A stretch of DNA of 64,000 bases, from the NCBI GenBank assembly GCA_031422915.1, contig JANPEK010000135.1, positions 5,895 to 69,894 of the forward strand. Reading direction: 5' to 3'. Source of the DNA: Phyllobacteriaceae bacterium (GTDB lineage: Bacteria; Pseudomonadota; Alphaproteobacteria; Rhizobiales; Rhizobiaceae). Shown piece after piece: positions 18,520 through 27,414 of this stretch; positions within the stretch are counted from its first letter, which is position 1; the number at the start of each line of letters is the position of its first letter. Below the pieces are notes generated by a model, which was given only the letters and a program-made list of their open reading frames with translations, searched no databases and was not told where the DNA came from. Both the position numbers and the translations under genes were made by a program.

Positions 18520-18654
18520 ATGCTGGAAAAGCATGGCTTGAGGCTTGATGAAAAAGCCTTTGCTGCAGCGTTACACGGTGCACGAGACTTAAGGACCGGG
18601 CTGGCGCAACTGACCCACACACGAAATTACTCTCAGGCCAGAATAGATGATTAA
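18520..18654 (+). CDS. Unannotated small ORF (44 aa from ATG 18520, 52 aa from TTG 18496), overlapping the amidase start; candidate GatC/AtzG-like small subunit
   Basis: MLEKHGLRLDEKAFAAALHGARDLRTGLAQLTHTRNYSQARIDD. GAGGAGG lies at 18501-18507. The stop (18652-18654) overlaps the amidase ATG (18647) by 8 nt. Below the 60-aa cutoff of the ORF track. Confidence 0.4.
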   Translation: MLEKHGLRLDEKAFAAALHGARDLRTGLAQLTHTRNYSQARIDD

Positions 18655-20002
18655 CGCCGCCGACCTGTCATTGTTCGAGGCAGCTGAGGCTTTAAGGTCA
18701 GGCACATTGACATCCTGCCAATTGGTTGAGGCCACGTTGACCCGCATAGTGGCCCGGACAGAACTTGCGGCATTCACATATCTGGCAGCCGATGCAATGG
18801 CTCAGGCACACACCGCAGATGCCCGCCTTGCCACAGGCGAAGACCCGGGGCCGCTTTGCGGCATACCTGTTGCAATCAAGGACTTGATCGACGTAGCAGG
18901 GCAACCAGCCACCTCGGGTTCCGCTGTGCTCGCCGGACACGTCGCCGAAAGTGATGCACCCTGTGTCGCCGCGCTCAGGGCCAAAGGGGCCGTGTTGATC
19001 GGCAAGCTTGCGACATATGAATTTGCAATGGTCGGCCCGGATATGAACCTGCCAACACCTCCAGCACGAAATCCGTGGAATTTGGCACATACGACAGGCG
19101 GATCTTCGTCGGGATCGGCGGCGGCAGTGGCCGGAGGTTTGGTTCGCTTGGCGCTTGGCACAGACACAGGGGGATCAATCCGCGCACCTGCCGCCTATTG
19201 CGGCTGTGTCGGGCTGAAGCCGAGTTACGACCGCGTCTCGCGCATCGGCGCGTTTCCGCTTTCGCCCTCGCTTGATCACACCGGGCCATTGGCGGCCACC
19301 GTCGCCGAAGCGGCGCTGGGGCTGGACATCATATCCGCCGGACATGTCTGGCGGCCGGCATCCGGTATGATCGGCCAGAGCATTGAAGGCGTTCGTATCG
19401 GATTTGCGCGCAGCTGGTTCGCCGAAGATCCGCAGGCAAGCCCGGCACTGATCTGCGCGATGGATGATGCTGCTGCGACACTGACAATGCTGGGCGCGTG
19501 GGTAAGCCTGATTAACTTGCCGGAATATCTGCCCTACGAGGCGGCGGCGGCGGTCATTCTTCATGCCGAGGCCCTCGCAGGCCACGCGGAACTCATTTCA
19601 ACCAGACAAGCCGACTATGGCCGCCCCACATTGGAACGTCTTGCCATCGGTGCGGCGATTTCAGAGGCAGACCTGTTGGCCGCCCGCGAGGCGGTCGTTC
19701 CACTGACCAAGACGATGAACGCGGCAATGGATGGATATGATCTGATCCTGACCGCAGCGACACTAACGCCTGCTTTGCCGTTTTCAGCGTTCGACGGCGA
19801 CCGTGCAGTTTGGACACCGATGCGAACAATACCCTTCAACCTGACAGGACATCCCGCCCTCTCACTGCCTTGCGGCTTTGACAAAGGGCTGCCGCTTGGC
19901 ATGCAACTGGTCGCGGCGGTTAGCGCGGAAGACATGTTGTGCCGTGTGGGCCATGCGTTCGAGCGGGCGACAGACCATTCGGCTCAGCGCCCGCCTTTTT
20001 AA
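18647..20002 (+). CDS. Amidase-signature family enzyme (GatA/AtzE-like)
   Basis: Amidase signature region ..GIPVAIKDLIDVAGQPATSGS.. and GGSSSGSAAAVAGGLVRLALGTDTGGSIRAPAAYCG. Confidence 0.9.
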   Translation: MINAADLSLFEAAEALRSGTLTSCQLVEATLTRIVARTELAAFTYLAADAMAQAHTADARLATGEDPGPLCGIPVAIKDLIDVAGQPATSGSAVLAGHVAESDAPCVAALRAKGAVLIGKLATYEFAMVGPDMNLPTPPARNPWNLAHTTGGSSSGSAAAVAGGLVRLALGTDTGGSIRAPAAYCGCVGLKPSYDRVSRIGAFPLSPSLDHTGPLAATVAEAALGLDIISAGHVWRPASGMIGQSIEGVRIGFARSWFAEDPQASPALICAMDDAAATLTMLGAWVSLINLPEYLPYEAAAAVILHAEALAGHAELISTRQADYGRPTLERLAIGAAISEADLLAAREAVVPLTKTMNAAMDGYDLILTAATLTPALPFSAFDGDRAVWTPMRTIPFNLTGHPALSLPCGFDKGLPLGMQLVAAVSAEDMLCRVGHAFERATDHSAQRPPF

Positions 20003-20005
20003 CCG

Positions 20006-21301
20006 TCAGCGTTTTTGCATGCGATCAAGCCGCAGCTGTGCTGCGCGACGATGGCCTTCAAGACCCTCGCTTGCGGCCTGACGGGCGGCTGGAGGAGCCA
20101 CAGCCAGAACCCCGCGCTCATCAAGCCACTGGTGCGTGGCGATCTTGACGTAGGCACCCACCCATAGACCACCTGTGTAGCGGCCCGCGGCCATGGTCGG
20201 CAGTGTGTGGTTGGTGCCCGAGCACTTGTCGGAATAGACCACGCTCGCAAGTTCGCCAATAAACAGCGAGCCATAGTTGCGCAGTTTCTTGCCGAAATCA
20301 TGCGGATCAGAGGTATGGACCTGCAAATGCTCGGCAGCGATGAAATCGGAATAGGCGATCATTGCCGCCTCGTCTTCACACACCGCTATTTCACCGAACT
20401 CGGCCCACGCCGGCGCCGCCACATGCGCCGTTGACAGGCCTTGAAGCTGCTTTTCGACTTCTGCCAGAACTGCCTCAGCGAGCGGGCGATGCGTGGTGAT
20501 GAGGCCGACACGTGTGCGCACATCATGCTCGGCCTGCGCAAGGAGGTCCGTCGCGATCATCTCGGCGTCGCCGCTTGCATCAGCAAGCACATAAATCTCG
20601 GACGGACCGGCCAGCTGATCAATGCCAACAGGTCCGAACACCTGCCGCTTTGCCTCGTTTACGAATGCATTGCCCGGACCCATGATCTTCATCACTTTCG
20701 GTACGGACTGGGTGCCATAGGCCATGGCTGCAATCGCCTGCGCACCGCCGATGCGGAAAATACGGTCCGCGCCCGACAAATGACAGCCCGCCACCATTGC
20801 TTTATGCGCGTTTGGTGGCAGGCAGGCAATCACTTCGTCAACGCCCGCAACCTTGGCCGGCACAATGGTCATGATCGGCGCGGAAAGCAGCGGAAAGCGT
20901 CCGCCCGGTACATAACAGCCGACCCGCTCGATCGGGATGACGCGGTGCCCCATGAAGACGCCTGGCAGCAGTTCCACCTCCAGCGGCAGGATTGTCGCAA
21001 GCTGCGCTTGTGCAAAGCGGCGGACATTTTCTATGGCAAACTCGGTATCCTTGCGCGTCTGCGGGTCGAGCCGCGCAACCACAGCTTCGCGTTCGCCCAT
21101 CGTCACTTCAAACGCGTCCAATTCGGCCTTGTCGAACTCTTTGGAATAGCGCCGTACCGCATCGTCACCCTTAGCCTTTACGTCTGCAAGAACTTTTGCA
21201 ACGGTGTCTGCGACGAGCTTGTTGTCCCCGTCCGAGCTTCGGGCCGGTGACTTGACCCAAGTGATCTTGTCAACAGGGTAGGCGTGTGGCTGGCTGGACA
21301 T
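20006..21301 (-). CDS. Histidinol-dehydrogenase-family oxidoreductase, paralog 1 (HisD/HpsN-like)
   Basis: ..[93 protein letters not shown]. are conserved HisD-family blocks. No other his genes are nearby. Confidence 0.85.
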   Translation of the reverse strand: MSSQPHAYPVDKITWVKSPARSSDGDNKLVADTVAKVLADVKAKGDDAVRRYSKEFDKAELDAFEVTMGEREAVVARLDPQTRKDTEFAIENVRRFAQAQLATILPLEVELLPGVFMGHRVIPIERVGCYVPGGRFPLLSAPIMTIVPAKVAGVDEVIACLPPNAHKAMVAGCHLSGADRIFRIGGAQAIAAMAYGTQSVPKVMKIMGPGNAFVNEAKRQVFGPVGIDQLAGPSEIYVLADASGDAEMIATDLLAQAEHDVRTRVGLITTHRPLAEAVLAEVEKQLQGLSTAHVAAPAWAEFGEIAVCEDEAAMIAYSDFIAAEHLQVHTSDPHDFGKKLRNYGSLFIGELASVVYSDKCSGTNHTLPTMAAGRYTGGLWVGAYVKIATHQWLDERGVLAVAPPAARQAASEGLEGHRRAAQLRLDRMQKR

Positions 21302-21359
21302 GGCGCTCCTTTCAGGCCGCTCTGTTCCGTCGGCTCTTTCCAGCGCTTTCTAATCACAA

Positions 21360-21375
21360 TTGCATACGTTTGCAA
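21360..21375. promoter_or_regulatory. LacI-type operator candidate O3 (divergent promoter region of the two HisD-family genes)
   Basis: TTGCATACGTTTGCAA, a 16-bp palindrome with one mismatched pair and a central CG. It lies 59 nt from the minus-strand start (21301) and 185 nt from the plus-strand start (21560). Confidence 0.55.
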
Positions 21376-21559
21376 GATTGGATGTGCACCACTCTGCGGA
21401 AAATCCCGCAAGCGATTAATAACGCAATGTTTTCCGTATTCTGATAGGTCCTATTGGGCAGACACAAAACGTTTCTGTACAAATTCTCGACAAAGGACTT
21501 GCGCAATTATGGCATTCCAGCCTAGTTATATTGCACACGTATTCATACTGGAGTTTGAG

Positions 21560-22870
21560 ATGGCGGTGGTATGGCTGAAGCACGGTAAACCTGTGTTGGA
21601 AAGGGCCGAGGATGATGCCCGCACCCGCGCTACGGTGGAAGCCACGCTCGCGCAGATCGAGACGGGCGGCGATGCCGCAGTCCGGGCCTTGTCGTTGAAG
21701 TTCGACCGATTCGACCGTCCATCCTTCCGCCTTTCGCAATCCGAAATCGAAGCAGCGATGCAGAAGGTTTTGCCACGCGACATGGAAGACATTCGCTTTG
21801 CGCAAACGCAAATTCGCCGCTTTGCCGAAGCGCAGAAGGCTTCGATGCGCGACATCGAGATTGAAACCGAGCCCGGCGTTATTCTGGGTCACCGCAACAT
21901 TCCGGTTCAGTCGGTCGGCTGCTATGTGCCCGGCGGCAAATTCCCGATGGTTGCTTCTGCGCACATGTCGGTACTGACCGCAAATGTTGCAGGCGTGCCG
22001 CGCATTGTGGCATCGGCCCCGCCGGTGAACGGCGAGCCGCACCCGGCCATTGTTGCTGCCATGCAGATGGCCGGTGCGCATGAAATTTATGTGCTCGGCG
22101 GCATGCAGGCAGTTGGTGCCATGGCGCTTGGAACCGAAACCATCAAACCCGTTGATATGCTGGTCGGTCCGGGTAATGCCTTTGTCGCCGAAGCCAAGCG
22201 CCAGCTTTATGGACGCGTCGGCATTGACCTGTTTGCGGGGCCGACCGAAACAATGGTCATTGCAGATGATACTGTCGACGCCGAACTGTGCGCGACCGAT
22301 CTTCTCGGCCAGGCCGAGCACGGCTATAATTCGCCTTCGGTTCTGGTGACCATTTCGCGCAAACTGGCCGAAGGCACGTTGGCTGAGATCGAGCGTCTGT
22401 TGAAGATATTGCCCACTGCTGCGACCGCGTCAGTAAGCTGGGCTGATTACGGCGAGATCATCCTTTGCGACACGCATGACGAGATGCTCACTGTAGCCAA
22501 CGATATCGCGTCTGAGCACGTGCAGGTGATGACCGACCGCGACGACTGGTATCTGGAAAACATGCACAGCTACGGCGCGCTGTTTCTGGGTGCCCGCACC
22601 AATGTTGCCAATGGCGACAAGGTGATCGGCACCAACCATACTTTGCCGACAAAGAAAGCCGGGCGCTACACCGGCGGCCTTTGGGTCGGCAAGTTCCTGA
22701 AGACGCATAGCTATCAGCGCATCACCACCGATGAAGCGGCGGCACGGATCGGTGCCTATGGATCGCGGCTCTGCATGCTGGAGGGCTTTGTCGGCCACGC
22801 GGAACAGTGCAATGTCCGCGTTCGCCGCTATGGCGGCCAGAATGTTCCATATGGAGCGGCGGCTGAATGA
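21560..22870 (+). CDS. Histidinol-dehydrogenase-family oxidoreductase, paralog 2
   Basis: Start at [45 protein letters not shown] (RBS GGAG). Conserved blocks [85 protein letters not shown] and GTNHTLPT. The tracked ORF (21284) over-extends into the promoter region. Confidence 0.85.
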   Translation: MAVVWLKHGKPVLERAEDDARTRATVEATLAQIETGGDAAVRALSLKFDRFDRPSFRLSQSEIEAAMQKVLPRDMEDIRFAQTQIRRFAEAQKASMRDIEIETEPGVILGHRNIPVQSVGCYVPGGKFPMVASAHMSVLTANVAGVPRIVASAPPVNGEPHPAIVAAMQMAGAHEIYVLGGMQAVGAMALGTETIKPVDMLVGPGNAFVAEAKRQLYGRVGIDLFAGPTETMVIADDTVDAELCATDLLGQAEHGYNSPSVLVTISRKLAEGTLAEIERLLKILPTAATASVSWADYGEIILCDTHDEMLTVANDIASEHVQVMTDRDDWYLENMHSYGALFLGARTNVANGDKVIGTNHTLPTKKAGRYTGGLWVGKFLKTHSYQRITTDEAAARIGAYGSRLCMLEGFVGHAEQCNVRVRRYGGQNVPYGAAAE

Positions 22871-23631
22871 CCCTGCCGCGCACCCCTTCGTTTCGCCTCG
22901 ATGGCGGCTGCGCGCTGGTGACCGGTGCTTCGTCGGGCATTGGGCTGGCGGCGGCGGTGGCGTTGGCAGAGCAAGGCGCACAGGTCTGGCTTGCCGCCCG
23001 GCGTGAGGCTGAATTGCAGGACGTAGCGAGGACCATGCAGGCAGAGGGCTTCACCGTCCATGTGCTGCCGCTCGATATTTCCGATGTGGCGAAAACTGAA
23101 GTTGCGCTTGCCACATTGCCGACCTTTGATGTTCTGGTCAATTCAGCCGGCATCGCGCGTCACGGTCCTGCAATTGACACCACCCAGGAAGATTTTGACG
23201 ATGCCGTCAGCCTCAATTTCCGGGCTGCTTATTTCCTGACCCGCACAGTCGCCAAGCGGCTGATCGCAGCGGGAAAGCCCGGAAGCCTGATCAACATTTC
23301 CTCGCAGATGGCCCATGTCGGCGGCATCGACCGCGCTGTTTATTCCGCAAGCAAACATGCGTTGGAAGGCATGACCAAAAGCATGGCCATCGAATGGGGC
23401 CCGCATGGCATCCGCGTGAACACCATCGCCCCGACATTCATCCGCACGCCCATGACGGCTGCCACCTTTTCAAACCCCGATCGCGCGCAATGGATTGCAT
23501 CCAAGATCAAGCTTGGCCGCGTGGGAGAGCTTGAAGACATTATGGGAGCAGTCGCCTTTCTGGCCTCTGACGCCGCAAGCCTCATCACCGGAACCTCACT
23601 CATCGTCGATGGCGGCTGGACCGCTGACTGA
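22867..23631 (+). CDS. Short-chain dehydrogenase/reductase (SDR)
   Basis: TGASSGIG cofactor motif, NSAG, catalytic [20 protein letters not shown] overlap with the preceding gene. Confidence 0.9.
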   Translation: MTLPRTPSFRLDGGCALVTGASSGIGLAAAVALAEQGAQVWLAARREAELQDVARTMQAEGFTVHVLPLDISDVAKTEVALATLPTFDVLVNSAGIARHGPAIDTTQEDFDDAVSLNFRAAYFLTRTVAKRLIAAGKPGSLINISSQMAHVGGIDRAVYSASKHALEGMTKSMAIEWGPHGIRVNTIAPTFIRTPMTAATFSNPDRAQWIASKIKLGRVGELEDIMGAVAFLASDAASLITGTSLIVDGGWTAD

Positions 23632-23642
23632 AAGGAGACGTC

Positions 23643-24611
23643 ATGACACCGCAGGAAATGGAAGCGCGCATTGTCCGCTACGGCGATCTGAAGCCGTGCA
23701 AAACCGCGTTCATCGATGCGCACACACCGGGCTCGAACCGCAAGGAGAACTTTACCATTATCGGCGGCGGTGTCTCGGAATCGCCTGACCAGCACGTCCA
23801 CATCTGCGACACGCCGGGATTCAACATCGGCGCCGCTGGCCAGCCGCCCGCGTGCCGCAACTCGCTGCACACGCACCGCACAGCGGAAGTGTTCTTCGTC
23901 CTTTCAGGCCGCTGGCGGTTCTTTTGGGGCCGGTATGGCACCGCGGGTGAATTCATAGCCGAGGAAGGCGACATATTTAACATTCCGACAGGCATATTCC
24001 GCGCGTTTGAAAACGTCGGCACCGACTACGGAATGATCATGGCCATTCTCGGCGGCGATGATGCGGGCGGCGGTGTGGTCTGGGCGCCGCAGGTGATAAC
24101 CGACGCCAAGGACTACGGATTGATACTGGGCAAGAACGGCAAGCTGTACGATACCAAGAAGGGCCAGAATCTCCCTGATGGCGTTTTGCCCATGCCGCTC
24201 TTGACCGATGAAGAGTTGAAGGAATTTCCAGAGCCAACCACGGCAGAAGTCGTCCCCAACTGCGTTGCCCGTTATTGGGATTTGATGGCTCTCAGTGACC
24301 GTCAACCGGCCAAGGTGATCGGCGAAAATGGCAAACTGCGCGACCGCCCGGGCTTCGAGGTGGAATTCCTGTCGCGCAACTCGATCCCAGACACCGCCTA
24401 CACGCTCGACCGGCATGAAATCCTGATGCCGATGCGCGGACACTGGCGGCTGACATGGGATGGCGGCACCACTGCGCTCAACCCCGGCGATACAGCGGCC
24501 ATCCCGCCAGGCGTTTCGCACAGCCTCAGCCCGTCGATGACCGGCGAAGCCTCGCTATACCGTGTCATGAACACCGCGGACCCCGCCGGGGCCTCTAGAC
24601 GCCTGCTTTAA
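23643..24611 (+). CDS. Bicupin-domain protein
   Basis: First cupin motif NSLHTHRTAEVFFVLSGRWRF..EEGDIFNIPTGIFRAFEN. Second barrel ..MPMRGHWRLTWDGGTTALNPGDTAAIPPGVSHSL. Confidence 0.75.
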   Translation: MTPQEMEARIVRYGDLKPCKTAFIDAHTPGSNRKENFTIIGGGVSESPDQHVHICDTPGFNIGAAGQPPACRNSLHTHRTAEVFFVLSGRWRFFWGRYGTAGEFIAEEGDIFNIPTGIFRAFENVGTDYGMIMAILGGDDAGGGVVWAPQVITDAKDYGLILGKNGKLYDTKKGQNLPDGVLPMPLLTDEELKEFPEPTTAEVVPNCVARYWDLMALSDRQPAKVIGENGKLRDRPGFEVEFLSRNSIPDTAYTLDRHEILMPMRGHWRLTWDGGTTALNPGDTAAIPPGVSHSLSPSMTGEASLYRVMNTADPAGASRRLL

Positions 24612-24623
24612 AGGAGCGTGAAC

Positions 24624-25745
24624 ATGTCCCTTCTCGCAACCCACGTCGGCTCGCTTCCCCGCAGCCAGGAGGTCGTCGACTTCCTCTTTGCCCGCGAGAA
24701 GGGCCAGTCTTATGATCCCGCAGACTTTGACGCCTGCATGAGCGCGGCGGTCCATGAAAATGTCCGCCGCCAGAAGCTGGCGGGCATAGACATTGTCTCG
24801 GATGGCGAGGCGTCGAAAATCAGCTACGCCACCTACGTCAAAGACCGCTATACCGGTTTTGACGGCGACAGCCCGCGCAACGCGCCTTCTGATCTGAAGC
24901 TCTTTCCAACCTTTCTCGACCGCCTGGCCAAGGAAGGCGGCACGCCGCAATATGCGCGACCCCAATGTGTCGGCCCTGTCGCGTCCAAGGGCCAGGGAGA
25001 GCTACAGAAGGACATTGCCAACCTGAAATCCGCCATGGCGGCGCATGGAGTCGAGCGCGGTTTCATGAACGCGGCATCTCCCGGTGTCATCAGCCTGTTC
25101 CTGCAAAATGCCCACTACACAAACCGCGAGGCCTATCTGTCGGCGCTGGCTGACGCGATGTCTGGAGAGTATCGCACGATCCTGGACGCAGGGCTTGAGC
25201 TTCAGCTCGACTGCCCCGACCTTGCGCTCTCGCGGCACATGTTGTTTGCAGACCTGTCTGACGCAGAATTTCTCAAGATTGCCGCCACGCATGTCGAAGC
25301 TCTGGAGCTGGCGCTCAAGGGCCTGCCGCGCGAGCGCATCCGCCTGCATATCTGCTGGGGCAACTATGAGGGCCCGCATGTCTGCGACATCGATATGGCA
25401 AAGGTCTTTCCACTCTTGATGAAGGTTCCGGCGACCTACATTTTGTTCGAAACAGCCAACCCGCGCCACGGCCATGAGTGGACAGTCTTCCGTGACCGCG
25501 CGGCAGAAATACCTGACGACAAGGTGCTTATTCCCGGCGCAGTAGATACCACGACGAATTTTGTTGAGCATCCGGATCTCGTTGCACAACGGCTTGAGCG
25601 CTTCACCGGCATCCTCGGCAAGGAACGCGTCATCGCCGGTTCGGACTGTGGCTTTGGCACGTTCGCAGGCTATGGCGCGGTCGATCCGGAAATCGCCTGG
25701 GCCAAGCTTGCAGCGCTGAAAGAAGGCGCGCGGCGGGTGAAATGA
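24624..25745 (+). CDS. Cobalamin-independent methionine synthase II family protein (MetE C-terminal-domain-like)
   Basis: MSLLATHVGSLPRSQEVVDF..GIDIVSDGEASKISYATYV..HICWGNYEGPH..AGSDCGFGTF matches the MetE-like/URO-D-fold family pattern. RBS AAGGAG 7 nt upstream. Confidence 0.8.
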   Translation: MSLLATHVGSLPRSQEVVDFLFAREKGQSYDPADFDACMSAAVHENVRRQKLAGIDIVSDGEASKISYATYVKDRYTGFDGDSPRNAPSDLKLFPTFLDRLAKEGGTPQYARPQCVGPVASKGQGELQKDIANLKSAMAAHGVERGFMNAASPGVISLFLQNAHYTNREAYLSALADAMSGEYRTILDAGLELQLDCPDLALSRHMLFADLSDAEFLKIAATHVEALELALKGLPRERIRLHICWGNYEGPHVCDIDMAKVFPLLMKVPATYILFETANPRHGHEWTVFRDRAAEIPDDKVLIPGAVDTTTNFVEHPDLVAQRLERFTGILGKERVIAGSDCGFGTFAGYGAVDPEIAWAKLAALKEGARRVK

Positions 25746-26431
25746 CGCCACTTGTGCTGATCCCCGGCATGATGTGCGACGCACGGATGTGGGGCGGCTT
25801 TTCTGCTGGCCCCCGCCATATGATTCACGCCCTTCCAACAGAGCACGATACTGTTCAGGCACTTGCTGCTGCCATTCTTGAAGCCGCACCTGAGCGCTTT
25901 GCTCTTGCCGGCCTGTCCATGGGTGGCATTGTCGCGATGGAGATTTTCGCGCAGGCTCCCGAACGGGTCGAGCGGCTTGCGCTTCTTGACACCAATCCGC
26001 GCGCGGAAACCCCGGAAGCGCGAGCGCGCCGTGCACCACAAATCGCCAGAGCGCTCGCAGGCGGACTTTCGGCGGTGCTGCGCGAAGATATGAAGCCGAA
26101 TTATCTCGCGCCAAGTCCCAACAAGAAGGCCATACTTGACCTGTGCATGGACATGGCACTTGCGCTGGGTCCGGAGGTTTTCGCCCGCCAGTCCGCAGCC
26201 TTGCGCGACCGTCGCGATCAAACCGCCACCCTTGCCGCGTTCAAACGGCCGGCGCTGGTGCTGATGGGCGAGGAGGATAGCCTGTGCCCGCGCGACCGGC
26301 ATGATGAGATGCATGCGCTCATGCCGCAGTCGCTCTTCGTAATCGTTCCGGGCGCAGGCCATCTGCCGACACTGGAAAACCCCGAATACACTGCCACCCA
26401 TCTGATGGACTGGCTCTCAACCCCACGATAG
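25742..26431 (+). CDS. Alpha/beta-fold hydrolase
   Basis: PLVLIPGMMCDARMW.., nucleophile elbow GLSMGG, C-terminal PGAGHLPTLENP. ATGA overlap with the MetE-like gene. Confidence 0.8.
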   Translation: MTPLVLIPGMMCDARMWGGFSAGPRHMIHALPTEHDTVQALAAAILEAAPERFALAGLSMGGIVAMEIFAQAPERVERLALLDTNPRAETPEARARRAPQIARALAGGLSAVLREDMKPNYLAPSPNKKAILDLCMDMALALGPEVFARQSAALRDRRDQTATLAAFKRPALVLMGEEDSLCPRDRHDEMHALMPQSLFVIVPGAGHLPTLENPEYTATHLMDWLSTPR

Positions 26432-26438
26432 GACCACC

Positions 26439-27221
26439 ATGATCAACACCATGCACGCCCATTTCGCCGCCGGAGGCAAAGCCGTCAACGGCTGGTGCGC
26501 GCTGCCGTCACCGGTCACGGCCGAGATCATGGGTCGACAGGGCTTTGATCTGATGACGGTCGATCTGCAACACGGGCTGATAGATTATCAGATGGCGCTC
26601 ACCATGCTGCAGGTGCTGCAGGGCTTGCCAGCGCCCGTTCTGGCCCGCGTGCCGTGGAATGAGCCAGGCATCGTGATGAAATGCCTTGATGCAGGCTTTC
26701 AAGGCATAATCTGCCCGATGATCAATACGGTCGGCGACGCCGAGCGCCTGGTCCAATCCGCCCGCTACGCGCCCATGGGCAGCCGCTCGTTCGGACCTAT
26801 CCGCGCCAATCTTGTGCATGGCGCGGGCTACGTCAAAACCGCCAACGCCACAGTTATGGTCTTCGCCATGATCGAGACGCGCGAGGCGCTTGGCAATCTT
26901 GATGCAATCCTCGCCGTCAAAGGCATCGACGGCATATACGTCGGCCCCTCCGATCTTGGGTTGTCGATGGGACATGAACCCACACTCGATCCTTCAGCGC
27001 CGGAAGTGCTGGATGCAATCACCGCCATCGCTGCCCGCACCAAAGCGGCGGGGCGACTGGCAGGCGTTCACACGGGATCGGCAGAGATGGTCCAGCGCGC
27101 CTTCTCGCAAGGTTATGACTTCGCCTCGCTGTTGACGGACGCAAGGATGTTCACATCCGCCATTGCCGCCCAGCTCGCAGCCGTCCGTCACACCACCGCT
27201 AAAGATGTAAAGGGCTACTAG
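26439..27221 (+). CDS. HpcH/HpaI-family aldolase (2-keto-3-deoxy-acid aldolase type)
   Basis: ..VNGWCALPSPVTAEIMGRQGFDLMTVDLQHG..LARVPWNEPGIVMKCLDAGFQGIICPMI..AMIETREALGNLDAILAVKGIDGIYVGPSDL. Confidence 0.85.
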   Translation: MINTMHAHFAAGGKAVNGWCALPSPVTAEIMGRQGFDLMTVDLQHGLIDYQMALTMLQVLQGLPAPVLARVPWNEPGIVMKCLDAGFQGIICPMINTVGDAERLVQSARYAPMGSRSFGPIRANLVHGAGYVKTANATVMVFAMIETREALGNLDAILAVKGIDGIYVGPSDLGLSMGHEPTLDPSAPEVLDAITAIAARTKAAGRLAGVHTGSAEMVQRAFSQGYDFASLLTDARMFTSAIAAQLAAVRHTTAKDVKGY

Positions 27222-27375
27222 CCCGCGCCGATCTGCATCTCTATCTGCTTCCAGTTGGCGATTTCATCATAGAGCGTGAACTCGCGGTTGATGCCCCACG
27301 GGCCGAACTCGCAATGGCTGATTCCCATTACATGCACCTCTGCGCCGGTCGGAGTGCTATGATGGCATGACTCCC
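27222..27375 (-). pseudogene. C-terminal relic (~50 codons) of a second SnoaL-like gene
   Basis: The minus strand reads ..HHSTPTGAEVHVMGISHCEFGPWGINREFTLYDEIANWKQIEMQIGAG-stop, parallel to the end of the 11662..12819 product (..APTGKRVQIMGISHYHYKNGKIVDEWRVFDE..). No upstream body; the LysR gene ends at 27415. Confidence 0.5.
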
Positions 27376-27414
27376 TTTTGCATCGGCACCCAATACAGAG
27401 ATTCTATCGCTGAA

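Noticed and set aside
25002-26159. 385-aa ORF on the minus strand, the longest unexplained ORF in the track.
   Set aside because: It lies entirely antisense to the MetE-like and alpha/beta-hydrolase genes. It is Arg/Ala/Pro/Gln-rich and low in complexity, has no recognisable motif and no RBS. This is the usual shadow ORF of a high-GC coding region.
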